DNA of 32,000 nucleotides, taken from contig NC_014034.1 in the NCBI RefSeq assembly GCF_000021865.1, positions 510,001-542,000 on the forward strand, in the 5' to 3' direction. Source of the DNA: Rhodobacter capsulatus SB 1003. GTDB lineage: Bacteria; Pseudomonadota; Alphaproteobacteria; Rhodobacterales; Rhodobacteraceae. Both the position numbers and the translations under genes were made by a program. Each line of letters begins with the position of its first letter. The first letter of the stretch is position 1. This document shows positions 16,853 to 25,539 of the stretch, piece by piece. Under the pieces are notes generated by a model. The model was not told the origin of the DNA and did no database searches. It saw nothing but the letters and a program-made list of their open reading frames with translations.

Positions 16853-17022
16853 GCGGCTGGTTGCGGGCGGGGGGGCGCACCCCATTCGACGGGAAAGCCT
16901 TGCAGCGGCAGGCGTTTCGATCCCGCCTCGCCCCGTGGGATATTTGCGCCAGGGTGAAAGCAGGACGCAGGGCTGTCATGCGAATCGTGCTAGGCTGAGG
17001 CTCCGCTTCAGAAGGAGGTTTC

Positions 17023-17793
17023 ATGTCCTTTCACGGTCTTCCCTGCTGGTTCGAGGGGATGGTGGCCGATCCCGACGCGGCGCAGGCGTTTTACACGCAG
17101 GTCTTTGGCTGGGACTGGAGCGATGCCGGGATGGAGGGCGTCGATTACCGCCTTGCCCGCTCGGGCGCCGACATGGTGGCCGGGCTGATGGCGCTGAAGG
17201 ATTGCACCGAGGGGACGCCGCCGAACTGGACGCTCTATCTGGCGGCAGAGGATTGCGACGCGACGGCGGCGCAGCTGCGCGATCTGGGCGGGCAGGTGTT
17301 GAAGGCCCCGGCCGACATTCCCGGCACCGGGCGCTTCGCCATTCTGGCCGATCCGCAGGGGGCGGTTTTCGGCATCCTTGCGCCCTTGCCGATGGATCCG
17401 CCGCCGCAGGGCGGGGCCTGGAACCAGAAGACGCCGGGCCATGGCCGCTGGATCGAGCTGATGACGCCCGACCCGAAAGCGGCGCTGGAAACCTATCGCA
17501 AGCTCTTCGACTGGCGGCCCGACATGTATTTCGACATGGGCCCGGCTGGCGGCTATCACGTCTTTGCCCATCGCGGCACGCAGATCGGCGGCATGATGGG
17601 GCAGGGGCAGGCCCCCTGTCCGACCTGGCTGCCCTATTTCGGCGTCGCCTCGGTCGCAAGGACGATCGCGGCGATCACCGCCGCGGGCGGCACCGTGCTG
17701 CATGGCCCCACCGAGGTTCCCGGCCCGGCCTTTGTCGCCGCCTGCCGCGATCCGCAGGGCGCGCATTTCGCCATCGTCGGCCCCAATCGCTAG
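17023..17793 (+). CDS. VOC (glyoxalase/bleomycin-resistance fold) family protein, two tandem domains
   Basis: The 256-aa product has a strong SD (gaaggagg). It contains the repeated module ...AQAFYTQVFGW...GTGRFAILADPQGAVFGI... and ...ALETYRKLFDW...GPAFVAACRDPQGAHFAIV. Confidence 0.8.
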   Translation: MSFHGLPCWFEGMVADPDAAQAFYTQVFGWDWSDAGMEGVDYRLARSGADMVAGLMALKDCTEGTPPNWTLYLAAEDCDATAAQLRDLGGQVLKAPADIPGTGRFAILADPQGAVFGILAPLPMDPPPQGGAWNQKTPGHGRWIELMTPDPKAALETYRKLFDWRPDMYFDMGPAGGYHVFAHRGTQIGGMMGQGQAPCPTWLPYFGVASVARTIAAITAAGGTVLHGPTEVPGPAFVAACRDPQGAHFAIVGPNR

Positions 17794-17868
17794 GCCGAAA
17801 CGTCTCAGAGGCTTTTCCTTGCAGGGGCTGCGCGCTAAACAGCCTCAAGCCCTGAAAGGACAGAACCG

Positions 17869-20800
17869 ATGAGCATGGAAAAGACCTTCGACGCGCGCGA
17901 AGCCGAGCCGCGGCTTTATGCGAAATGGGAAGCGGCGGGTGCCTTCAAGGCCGGGGCCAATGCCTCGCGCCCCGAGACCTTCTGCATCATGATCCCGCCG
18001 CCGAATGTCACCGGGGCGCTGCACGTCGGCCATGCCTTCAACAACACGGTGCAGGATATCCTGATCCGCTGGCACCGGATGCGCGGTTTCGACACGCTCT
18101 GGCAGCCGGGGCAGGACCATGCGGGCATCGCCACCCAGCTGATGGTGGAAAAGGAACTGGCCAAGACCCAGCAACCCTCGCGCGCGGAACTGGGGCGCGA
18201 CGAATTCCTGAAAAAGGTCTGGGAGTGGAAGGGCAAATACGGCTCGACCATCATCAACCAGCTGAAACGGCTGGGGTCTTCCTGCGACTGGGACCGCAAC
18301 GCCTTCACCATGTCGGGGGCGCCGAATGCGCCTGCGGGCGAGGAGGGCAATTTCCATGACGCGGTGATCAAGGTCTTTGTCGATCTTTACAACAAGGGCC
18401 TGATCTATCGCGGCAAGCGGCTGGTGAACTGGGACCCCCATTTCGAGACCGCGATTTCCGATCTGGAGGTCGAGAATATCGAAGTGGCCGGGCACATGTG
18501 GCACTTCAAATACCCGCTCGCGAATGGCGCCACCTACGAATATGTGGAAAAGGACGCCGAGGGGAATGTGACCCTGCGCGAGACGCGCGATTACATTTCC
18601 ATCGCCACGACGCGCCCCGAAACCATGCTGGGCGATGGCGCGGTGGCGGTGCATCCCAGTGACGAACGCTATGCGGCCATCGTCGGCAAGCTTTGCGAAA
18701 TTCCGGTCGGGCCCAAGGAACACCGGCGTCTGATCCCGATCATCACCGACGAATATCCCGATCCGACCTTCGGCTCGGGCGCGGTGAAGATCACCGGCGC
18801 GCATGATTTCAACGACTATCAGGTGGCCAAGCGGGCGGGCCTGCCGCTCTATCGGCTGATGGACAGCCGCGCGAAGATGCGGGCCGATGGGGCCGATTAC
18901 GAAACCTGCGCGATCCGGGCGATGGAGATTTCCAAGGGCGCCCCCTTCACCGAGGCCGAGGTCGACACGCTGAACCTGATCCCCGACAATCTGCGTGGTC
19001 TGGATCGTTACGAGGCCCGCAAGATCGTGGTCGAGGAAATCAACGCCGAGGGTCTGGCGGTGATGATCGCCAACCCGAAGGCGGGCGAGGAAGGCCAGCC
19101 CGATCTGATCCCCTATGTGGAATCGAAGCCGATCATGCAGCCCTTTGGCGACCGGTCGAAAGTCGTGATCGAGCCGATGCTGACCGACCAATGGTATGTC
19201 GACGCCGAAAAGGTCGTCGGCCCGGCGCTGGAGGCCGTGCGGACCGGCAAGACCAGGATCATGCCCGAGGCGGGTGAGAAGACCTATTACCACTGGCTGG
19301 AGAACATCGAGCCCTGGTGCATCTCGCGCCAGCTGTGGTGGGGGCACCAGATCCCGGTGTGGTATGGGCCAGGCCTTATCGAGGGGATGTCATTTGAGGA
19401 GCATGGAATAGATGCTCTCACCAACAACCCCATGAAGACGTTTTGTGCTGCAAGCGAAGCTGAAGTCATCGAGGCGGCAAAAGCGTTTTACGGGAAGAAC
19501 GTCGAAGTCCGTTTTTCAAAGTTCGACAAACTGCCTCCCGCTGACGGCAAGCGCAAAATGCCGAATCCCGTTGCAGTTGGTGGCGGCAATGTGGAGAGAG
19601 TTTCGCTTGCGAGCGTCGATCTTGCTCGCGACCCCGATGTGCTCGACACTTGGTTCTCCTCAGGCCTCTGGCCGATCGGCACCCTTGGCTGGCCCGAGGC
19701 GACCCCGGAAATGCGCAAGTATTTCCCCACCGATGTTCTGGTGACGGGCTTTGACATCCTGTTCTTCTGGGTCGCCCGGATGATGATGATGCAACTCGCC
19801 GTGACCGGGGAAATTCCGTTCCACACCGTCTACCTGCATCAGCTCGTCCGCGACGAGAAGGGCAAGAAGATGTCGAAGACGGCGGGCAACGTCATCGACC
19901 CGCTGGAGATCATCGACGAATTCGGCGCTGATGCTTTGCGCTTCACCAATGCCTCGATGGCCGCCATCGGCGGGGTGCTGAAGCTTTCGAAAGACCGCAT
20001 TGCGGGCTATCGCAATTTCGGCACGAAGCTGTGGAACGCCACCCGCTTTGCCGAAATGAACGGCGTTTTCGAGGCCGAGGTCGCGGGCATCCCGCAGCCC
20101 AGCCAGACCGTGAACCGCTGGATCATCGGCGAAACCGCCAAGGTCCGGGCCGAGGTCGATGCGGCGTTTGAGAGCTACCGTTTCAACGACGCCGCGAATG
20201 CGCTTTACGGCTTTGTCTGGGGCAAGGTCTGCGACTGGTATGTGGAATTCTCGAAACCGCTCTTCGACGGCGAGCATGCGGCGGAAACCCGGGAAACGAT
20301 GCGCTGGGTGCTGGATCAGTGCTACATCCTGCTGCATCCGATCATGCCCTTCATCACCGAAGAGCTGTGGGGCCTGACCGGCACCCGCGCGAAGATGCTG
20401 GTCCATGCCGATTGGCCGACCTACGGCGCCGAGCTGATCGACGCCGAGGCGGATCGGGAAATGAACTGGGTGATCGCGCTGATCGAGGAAATCCGGTCCT
20501 CGCGTGCGCAGATGGGCGTTCCCGTGGCGCTGAAACTGCCGATGGTGCTGGCCGAGGCCGAGCCCCAGGCCCGCGCGGCGCTGGCCCGGAACGAGGCGCT
20601 CATTCTGCGCATGGCCCGGCTTGAAGCGATCACCGAAGGCACGGTCGCCAAGGGCTCGATCTCGATCCCGGCGGCGGGGGCCCTGTTCGGTCTGCCGCTC
20701 GAAGGGGTGATCGATGTGGCGGCCGAAAAGGCCCGGCTCGAAAAGGCGTTGGCCAAGGTCGAAAAGGAAGCGGCGGGGCTGAAGGCGCGGTTTGCGAACC

Positions 20801-20922
20801 CGAAATTCGTCGCCAATGCCGCCGAAGAGGTGATCGAGGAAGCCCGCGAAAACCTCGCCGCGCGCGCGGAAGAGGCGGCGAAGATCGGCGCGGCGCTGAA
20901 GCGTCTGGCCGAACTCGGATAA
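17869..20922 (+). CDS. valS: Valine--tRNA ligase
   Basis: The 1017-aa product has the class I motifs [14 protein letters not shown] (HIGH) and KMSKTAGN (KMSKS), the editing domain and a C-terminal coiled coil. It contains a compositionally atypical insertion at about 19365-19665. Confidence 0.97.
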   Translation: MSMEKTFDAREAEPRLYAKWEAAGAFKAGANASRPETFCIMIPPPNVTGALHVGHAFNNTVQDILIRWHRMRGFDTLWQPGQDHAGIATQLMVEKELAKTQQPSRAELGRDEFLKKVWEWKGKYGSTIINQLKRLGSSCDWDRNAFTMSGAPNAPAGEEGNFHDAVIKVFVDLYNKGLIYRGKRLVNWDPHFETAISDLEVENIEVAGHMWHFKYPLANGATYEYVEKDAEGNVTLRETRDYISIATTRPETMLGDGAVAVHPSDERYAAIVGKLCEIPVGPKEHRRLIPIITDEYPDPTFGSGAVKITGAHDFNDYQVAKRAGLPLYRLMDSRAKMRADGADYETCAIRAMEISKGAPFTEAEVDTLNLIPDNLRGLDRYEARKIVVEEINAEGLAVMIANPKAGEEGQPDLIPYVESKPIMQPFGDRSKVVIEPMLTDQWYVDAEKVVGPALEAVRTGKTRIMPEAGEKTYYHWLENIEPWCISRQLWWGHQIPVWYGPGLIEGMSFEEHGIDALTNNPMKTFCAASEAEVIEAAKAFYGKNVEVRFSKFDKLPPADGKRKMPNPVAVGGGNVERVSLASVDLARDPDVLDTWFSSGLWPIGTLGWPEATPEMRKYFPTDVLVTGFDILFFWVARMMMMQLAVTGEIPFHTVYLHQLVRDEKGKKMSKTAGNVIDPLEIIDEFGADALRFTNASMAAIGGVLKLSKDRIAGYRNFGTKLWNATRFAEMNGVFEAEVAGIPQPSQTVNRWIIGETAKVRAEVDAAFESYRFNDAANALYGFVWGKVCDWYVEFSKPLFDGEHAAETRETMRWVLDQCYILLHPIMPFITEELWGLTGTRAKMLVHADWPTYGAELIDAEADREMNWVIALIEEIRSSRAQMGVPVALKLPMVLAEAEPQARAALARNEALILRMARLEAITEGTVAKGSISIPAAGALFGLPLEGVIDVAAEKARLEKALAKVEKEAAGLKARFANPKFVANAAEEVIEEARENLAARAEEAAKIGAALKRLAELG

Positions 20923-20960
20923 AGGAAGAAGGGGGGCTCCCGCGCTTGTCGGCTCCCCCC

Positions 20961-21020
20961 GGGATATTTTCGGCAAGATAAAGGCCCGGAAGCCTCCCTT
21001 TATCTTGCCGGAAATATCCC
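20961..21020. repeat. 24-bp near-perfect palindrome between convergent valS and the UbiA-family gene
   Basis: The arms gggatattttcggcaagataaagg (20961-20984) and cctttatcttgccggaaatatccc (20997-21020) match at 23 of 24 positions as reverse complements, around a 12-nt loop. The arm sequence resembles the motif at 93-116 and 1742-1766. A second small hairpin, ggggg-tgtgaaa-ccccc, follows. Confidence 0.65.
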
Positions 21021-21062
21021 AAGGGGGTCGGGGGGTGTGAAACCCCCGCCGCCGCCGCCGGA

Positions 21063-22508
21063 TCAGCCGCCCATCCCGAACCATTGCGCCCAAAGGCCCG
21101 CCGCCCAGAACATCAGGCTCAGCGTCATCATCAGGATGCCCAAGCCGAACTTGTCGCGCAGCGCAAAGACGATCGGGTCGTAATCCTGCTTGCCGAACCA
21201 GCCCAGCGCCACCATGCGCACCAGCCAGCCGCCCATCGGCAGCATCGCCAGCCACAAAAGCCAGGTGTCGGGGTAAAGCATCCGCCCCTGATCCGAGATC
21301 GAGTAAAGGAAAAAGACCACCAGCGCGCCGACGACGCCGATCCCTGCCACATTGAGCAGATCGCCCCGGTCCGGGCGGCCGTAGCCGCGGCCGGGCAGCG
21401 GGTCGGTGTCGGGGGCAAGCGTCAGTTCGGTCAGCCGTTTCACGCAGCCAAGGCTGAGGAAGATCGGAAACAGGAAGACCAGCATGTAGATCGAGACATC
21501 GACCATCCCCGCCGCGGCCCCGGCGACGACGCGCAGCGTGTAAAGCGCCGCCAGCGTGGTGATGTCGACCCAGCGCATCCGTTTGAGCCGCAGCGAATAG
21601 GCAAGCGACATCGCCATGTAGAGCAAAAGGATGCCGAGGAAGCCCGCGTTCAGCGCCGCCGCAAGGGCCAGCGCCGCCAGCACCAGCCCGGCGCAGGCGA
21701 TCATCCCCACCCGGATCGGCACCGCGCCGCAGGCGAAGGGGCGGCGGCATTTCACCGGATGCAGCCGGTCGGCCTCGAGGTCGAGCAGGTCGTTGACGAT
21801 GTAGATCGCCGAGGCGGCCAGCGAAAACGCCACCATCCCGAGCAGGATCGGCAGCAGCGTCACGGTGTCGAAACGATGCGCCGCGATCATCGGCAACAGC
21901 AGCAGCAGGTTCTTCACCCATTGATGCGGCCGCAGCGCCTTGAGCAGCGCCGCCGCGCTCCAGCCGCCGGGCAGGGTCACCACGCCGATGCCGCGCGCGG
22001 GCAGGGCGGCGGTCTCGGGCACCCGGCCCACCACCACCGCGGTTTCCGCATGTTCCCAGACCGCCATGTCGGTGGCCTCGTTGCCCGCATAGACGAAGCC
22101 GCGCGGCCCGAAGACCCGCACCAGCGCCCCGGCCTTGGCGGCGCCCTTCAGATTGAGCCGCCCGTCCGAGGCGAAGATCCGCTCGGACAGCCCGTGATCG
22201 GCCGCCAGCTGCGCCACCAGCCGCTGATCCGAGGCCGAGGCCAGACAGACCTCGCGGCCCTCGTTCAGCGCGCCGATCACCACCTCGGCCACGGCGGGGG
22301 CGACGGGCATCAGATCGGTGCGCAAGGGCCCCAGCGCGGCCAGTTCCGCCTTCAGCCGGGCGCGGTCGCGAAAGGTGGTCGCCGCGATCCGCAGCGTGCG
22401 CAGCGGCATCCGGCCCAGACCGGCCCAGAAGCTTTCCAGCAGCAGATCCGTGCGCAGAAAGGTGCCGTCGACATCCAGCACCAGCGGTTTGTCATGGCTC
22501 ATCGTCAT
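21063..22508 (-). CDS. HAD-like phosphatase domain fused to a UbiA-family prenyltransferase (resembles decaprenyl-phosphate phosphoribosyltransferase)
   Basis: The 481-aa product starts at ATG 22508, which overlaps the upstream stop codon (ATGA). The N-terminal LVLDVDGTFL is HAD motif I (DxDxT). The C-terminal half has about 8 TM segments and the motif YIVNDLLDLEADRLHPVKCRRPFACG (NDxxDxxxD...HPxKxxRP). The rest of the 821-aa tracked ORF is an out-of-frame reading of the transglycosylase gene. Confidence 0.8.
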   Translation of the reverse strand: MTMSHDKPLVLDVDGTFLRTDLLLESFWAGLGRMPLRTLRIAATTFRDRARLKAELAALGPLRTDLMPVAPAVAEVVIGALNEGREVCLASASDQRLVAQLAADHGLSERIFASDGRLNLKGAAKAGALVRVFGPRGFVYAGNEATDMAVWEHAETAVVVGRVPETAALPARGIGVVTLPGGWSAAALLKALRPHQWVKNLLLLLPMIAAHRFDTVTLLPILLGMVAFSLAASAIYIVNDLLDLEADRLHPVKCRRPFACGAVPIRVGMIACAGLVLAALALAAALNAGFLGILLLYMAMSLAYSLRLKRMRWVDITTLAALYTLRVVAGAAAGMVDVSIYMLVFLFPIFLSLGCVKRLTELTLAPDTDPLPGRGYGRPDRGDLLNVAGIGVVGALVVFFLYSISDQGRMLYPDTWLLWLAMLPMGGWLVRMVALGWFGKQDYDPIVFALRDKFGLGILMMTLSLMFWAAGLWAQWFGMGG

Positions 22509-23380
22509 CCCTTCGAGGCAAAGACGCAGCCGTCCGTGACCAGTTCGGGCGGGCTGAGACAGAGGCCCCGCGCCACCTGCCAGGCCGCCAGCACCTTGGG
22601 CACGTAATCGCGCGTCTCGGCATAGGGCGGCACGCCGCCATTTCCCTTCACCGCGTTTTCCCCGGCATTGTAAGCGGCGATCACCATCAGCGGATCGCGG
22701 TCGAATTCCTTCATCAGCCAGTTCAGATAGGCGACGCCGCCCTTGATGTTCTGGCCCGGATCGCGGCTGTCGGACACGGCAAAGCGCGTCGCCGTCGCGG
22801 GGATCAGCTGCATCAACCCGACCGCGCCCGAATGCGAGACCGCATCGGCCTGTCCGCCCGATTCCGTGGAGATCACCGCCAGCACCAGCGCGGGCGAGAC
22901 CTCGGTGCCGATCGTCGCGGCCAGGATGTCGCGGCCATGCGTCTGCGCGATCGCCTGCAGGCTGGCCAGCCGCGGTGCCCGCACCGCCTGCCCGCCCGGC
23001 CCCATGGTCAGCGCGTCGATCGCCTGCTGGAACCGCCCCGCCCGGTCGGCCAGCGCGGGCGAGACGACGTTCCAGAACCAGGCATAAGAGGCCGCGCCGC
23101 CATCCGCCGTCCGGCCCACCCCCGTCCCCGCGCCGGAGGCGGGCGGCGGCGTCGCGGTCAGCGGTGCGAAGGGTTTGGCCGCCTGGGCGGCAAGGGCGGC
23201 CGCCTGTTCCTCGGGGTTGATCTGGATCGTCAGGAACCGCGTCTGCCCGGCCTTGGGCGGCAGCACGCGACGGGGTTGGAAATGATGCACGGTCGGCGAT
23301 TTCGGGCCGATTTCGGCAAGGGCGGGCACGACCGAAACGGTCGCGCTCAGGGCGAGACTGACGACGATTATCCGGCGCAT
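22505..23380 (-). CDS. Lytic transglycosylase (SLT domain), secreted
   Basis: The 291-aa product from ATG 23380 has the signal peptide MRRIIVVSLALSATVSVVPALA. The SLT motifs VISTESGGQ (catalytic Glu), GLMQLIP and AYNAGENAV are present. Confidence 0.85.
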   Translation of the reverse strand: MRRIIVVSLALSATVSVVPALAEIGPKSPTVHHFQPRRVLPPKAGQTRFLTIQINPEEQAAALAAQAAKPFAPLTATPPPASGAGTGVGRTADGGAASYAWFWNVVSPALADRAGRFQQAIDALTMGPGGQAVRAPRLASLQAIAQTHGRDILAATIGTEVSPALVLAVISTESGGQADAVSHSGAVGLMQLIPATATRFAVSDSRDPGQNIKGGVAYLNWLMKEFDRDPLMVIAAYNAGENAVKGNGGVPPYAETRDYVPKVLAAWQVARGLCLSPPELVTDGCVFASKG

Positions 23381-23633
23381 GTGCGCGATCCTGCTCTGGT
23401 GATCCGGTTTTGGACCTTTTGTCCGGCGAAGGCCGGTTGCGGTCACTATTCCCGAAACCGGGCGAAAAACCAAGACCAACGCGATTTCCCCGCAAGATCG
23501 GCGCCGGATTCGCCCCGACCTGTTGCACGAAGGCTTGTCTGCGCGGCCCCGGGGCAGCTGCGCCGCGGCCTTTGCCCCGCCCTTTCCCCCGAATCTCCTT
23601 GGGCGAGGCGGGCGCGCGCTGGCGCGAAAATGG

Positions 23634-23649
23634 TTAAGATTGCATTTAC
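23634..23649 (+). promoter_or_regulatory. Candidate CtrA-type box upstream of the first pilin gene
   Basis: The sequence TTAA-GATTGCA-TTTAC matches 8 of 9 positions of TTAA-N7-TTAAC. It lies 150 nt upstream of ATG 23799 in a 418-nt intergenic region. This is a motif match only. Confidence 0.3.
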
Positions 23650-23798
23650 TTCGGCGCGGTTTCGGCCTTGCCGCGAAGATATACCGCTTCCGCCCCATTC
23701 AGGTCACGATTCACCGCCAGAAAGACCCCATACCGCGAGGCTGGATGCAACGAAGCCCGGCAGCAGCGCGGAGCAACCCGAACCCAAGGAGAGACCCC

Positions 23799-23993
23799 AT
23801 GAAGTTCTTCAAATTCGCCCGCAAGATCCGCACCGAAGAAGATGGCGCCGTGACCGTTGACTGGGTCGTGCTGACCGCTGCCGTCGTCGGCCTCGGCGCT
23901 GCCGCGCTGCTGCTGGTGCGCGAAAAGACCGAAGGCCTCACCAAGGAAATCGGCACCTATCTCGACTCCGCCGAAGTCAAGAGCACGTTCTGA
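23799..23993 (+). CDS. Flp-like type IVc pilin (paralog 1)
   Basis: The 64-aa product follows an AAGGAGAG SD. It has a basic leader, MKFFKFARKIRTEEDG, and then the hydrophobic stretch AVTVDWVVLTAAVVGLGAAALLLV. This is Flp prepilin architecture, and the gene heads a tad locus. Confidence 0.75.
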   Translation: MKFFKFARKIRTEEDGAVTVDWVVLTAAVVGLGAAALLLVREKTEGLTKEIGTYLDSAEVKSTF

Positions 23994-24181
23994 TCGATCT
24001 TGCGGGATCGATTTCGGGGGCCGGGCGGCCCCTGGCTTGTTCGGATCCGGTGCCGGTTGATCCGGCCGGTCCTTTGCTGCGGGCGCCGTTCGCCGGAAAA
24101 AATGCGTCGATCTGCCCAAATTGTGCCGCCTTGCGCCGCTAGGGTGGATCGGGATCGCCCATTGCAGAAGAGAGCACCGAA

Positions 24182-24385
24182 ATGCGAGAGAGATTTTTGT
24201 CGACCCTCCGGAATCTCATGGTCCATGACGACGAAGGCGCCATCACCGTCGACTGGGTGGTGTTGACGGCGGCCGTGGTGTCGCTGGGCATGGTCGCGGG
24301 CGGGGTCGTGTGGACCAACTCCGGCAGCATCGCCCGCAATGTCGGTGAATTTCTGGGCACCCAGTCGGTGAAAAGCACCTTCTGA
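24182..24385 (+). CDS. Flp-like type IVc pilin (paralog 2)
   Basis: The 67-aa product has the leader MRERFLSTLRNLMVHDDEG followed by AITVDWVVLTAAVVSLGMVAGGVV. It shares the C-terminal VKSTF with paralog 1. Confidence 0.7.
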   Translation: MRERFLSTLRNLMVHDDEGAITVDWVVLTAAVVSLGMVAGGVVWTNSGSIARNVGEFLGTQSVKSTF

Positions 24386-24489
24386 GGCCCGGGCGGGCGG
24401 GCCTTCGGCTTGGCGGCGGCCCGCAGCCGGGGGCGATGGTGTGAGATATTGGGCCGAGCCTTCGGTCTGGAAAGAAGAGGGGTGCGCGG

Positions 24490-25365
24490 ATGCGTATGAT
24501 TGTCGCTCTTGTCCTGGTGCTGGGTGTCGCCCTCGCCGGTCTTGCGGTCTACATGGCGCAGCAGCAGATCTCGCAGTTCCAGGTCGAGCGGGACAGGCTT
24601 GTGGCCGAGCAGCGCAATGCGCCGCAACTGGTCGATGTGGTGGTGCTGCGCCGCCCGCTGGCCTATGGCGAACGCTTCACCGCCGCCGATCTGGGCGTGA
24701 TCAAGATGCAGGTCGGCCACCTGCCCGCGGGCATCTTCCACAGTGTCGCGACGCCCCAGGGCGCCCCCGAGGAGGCGCAGGCCGCCTCGGTCTTCCCCGG
24801 CGGCGAGACCCGTCCGCGCGCGGCCTTGCGCGCCTATGACGCCTACGAGGCGATCCTGGCCAACAAGATCACCGCCCCCGGCGTCGACGCCGGGATCACG
24901 GCCAGCCTGTCGCCGAACATGCGCGCCTTCACCATTTCGGTCGACGCCACCACCGGGGTTTCGGGCTTCCTGCGGCCGGGCGACCGGGTCGATGTCTACT
25001 GGTCGGGCGAGGTGAACGGCGAACGGGTGACGAAGCTGATCGACACCAACCTGCGGCTGATCGCCATCGACCAGAGCGCCGATGCCGACCGCGCCGAGGA
25101 AACCCAGCTTGCCAAGACGGTGACCGCCGAGGTGACGCCCGAACAGGTGGCCTCGCTGACGCTGGCGCAGGGCACCGGAGAGCTGACGCTGTCGCTGGTG
25201 GGGATGCAGAACACCGCCGATCCGGGCGCGATCGAGATCGACCGCAACAAGCTTCTGGGCATTCAGGTGCAGGAGGCCGTCAAGGTCGAGGCGGCGCGGG
25301 TCTGCACCGTCAAGACCCGCAAGGGCACCGAGGTGATCGAAACGCCGATCCCCTGCAAGAACTGA
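24490..25365 (+). CDS. cpaB: Flp pilus assembly protein CpaB (RcpC)
   Basis: The 291-aa product has an N-terminal TM helix (MRMIVALVLVLGVALAGLAVY), a SAF-like region (VVVLRRPLAYGERFTAADL) and an RcpC/CpaB C-terminal domain. It sits in the canonical position upstream of the secretin. Confidence 0.85.
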   Translation: MRMIVALVLVLGVALAGLAVYMAQQQISQFQVERDRLVAEQRNAPQLVDVVVLRRPLAYGERFTAADLGVIKMQVGHLPAGIFHSVATPQGAPEEAQAASVFPGGETRPRAALRAYDAYEAILANKITAPGVDAGITASLSPNMRAFTISVDATTGVSGFLRPGDRVDVYWSGEVNGERVTKLIDTNLRLIAIDQSADADRAEETQLAKTVTAEVTPEQVASLTLAQGTGELTLSLVGMQNTADPGAIEIDRNKLLGIQVQEAVKVEAARVCTVKTRKGTEVIETPIPCKN

Positions 25366-25539
25366 ACGCCGCCGCTCCGGCCCGGCGCATCGCCTGCGAC
25401 GCAGAAAAGATCCGCGGAACCGGTTGATTCTTGCAAAAAAATCGACACTCGGGCATTGTCTGCGCCATATGGGTGAAAATCACCGAATACCGGGCGACAG
25501 ATCCGGGGGTAGCAGCGTGATCGGAGAGGCAGGATCACC

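Noticed and set aside
19660-21921. 753-aa minus-strand ORF overlapping the valS 3' half and the UbiA-family gene
   Set aside because: It is antisense to valS and out of frame with the UbiA-family gene. It is R/G/P-rich with no recognisable motif, while both overlapped genes are clearly real.
22509-23528. N-terminal 340 aa of the 821-aa ORF that ends as the HAD-UbiA protein
   Set aside because: It is an out-of-frame reading of the SLT transglycosylase gene and is R/G/P-rich. The HAD domain starts at the internal MTMSHDKPLVLDVDGT, whose ATG overlaps the SLT stop.
23523-23798. Upstream extension making flp1 a 156-aa protein
   Set aside because: The extension is Arg/Pro/Gly-rich and lacks an SD. 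The internal ATG at 23799 has an AAGGAGAG SD and yields a canonical-length Flp prepilin.
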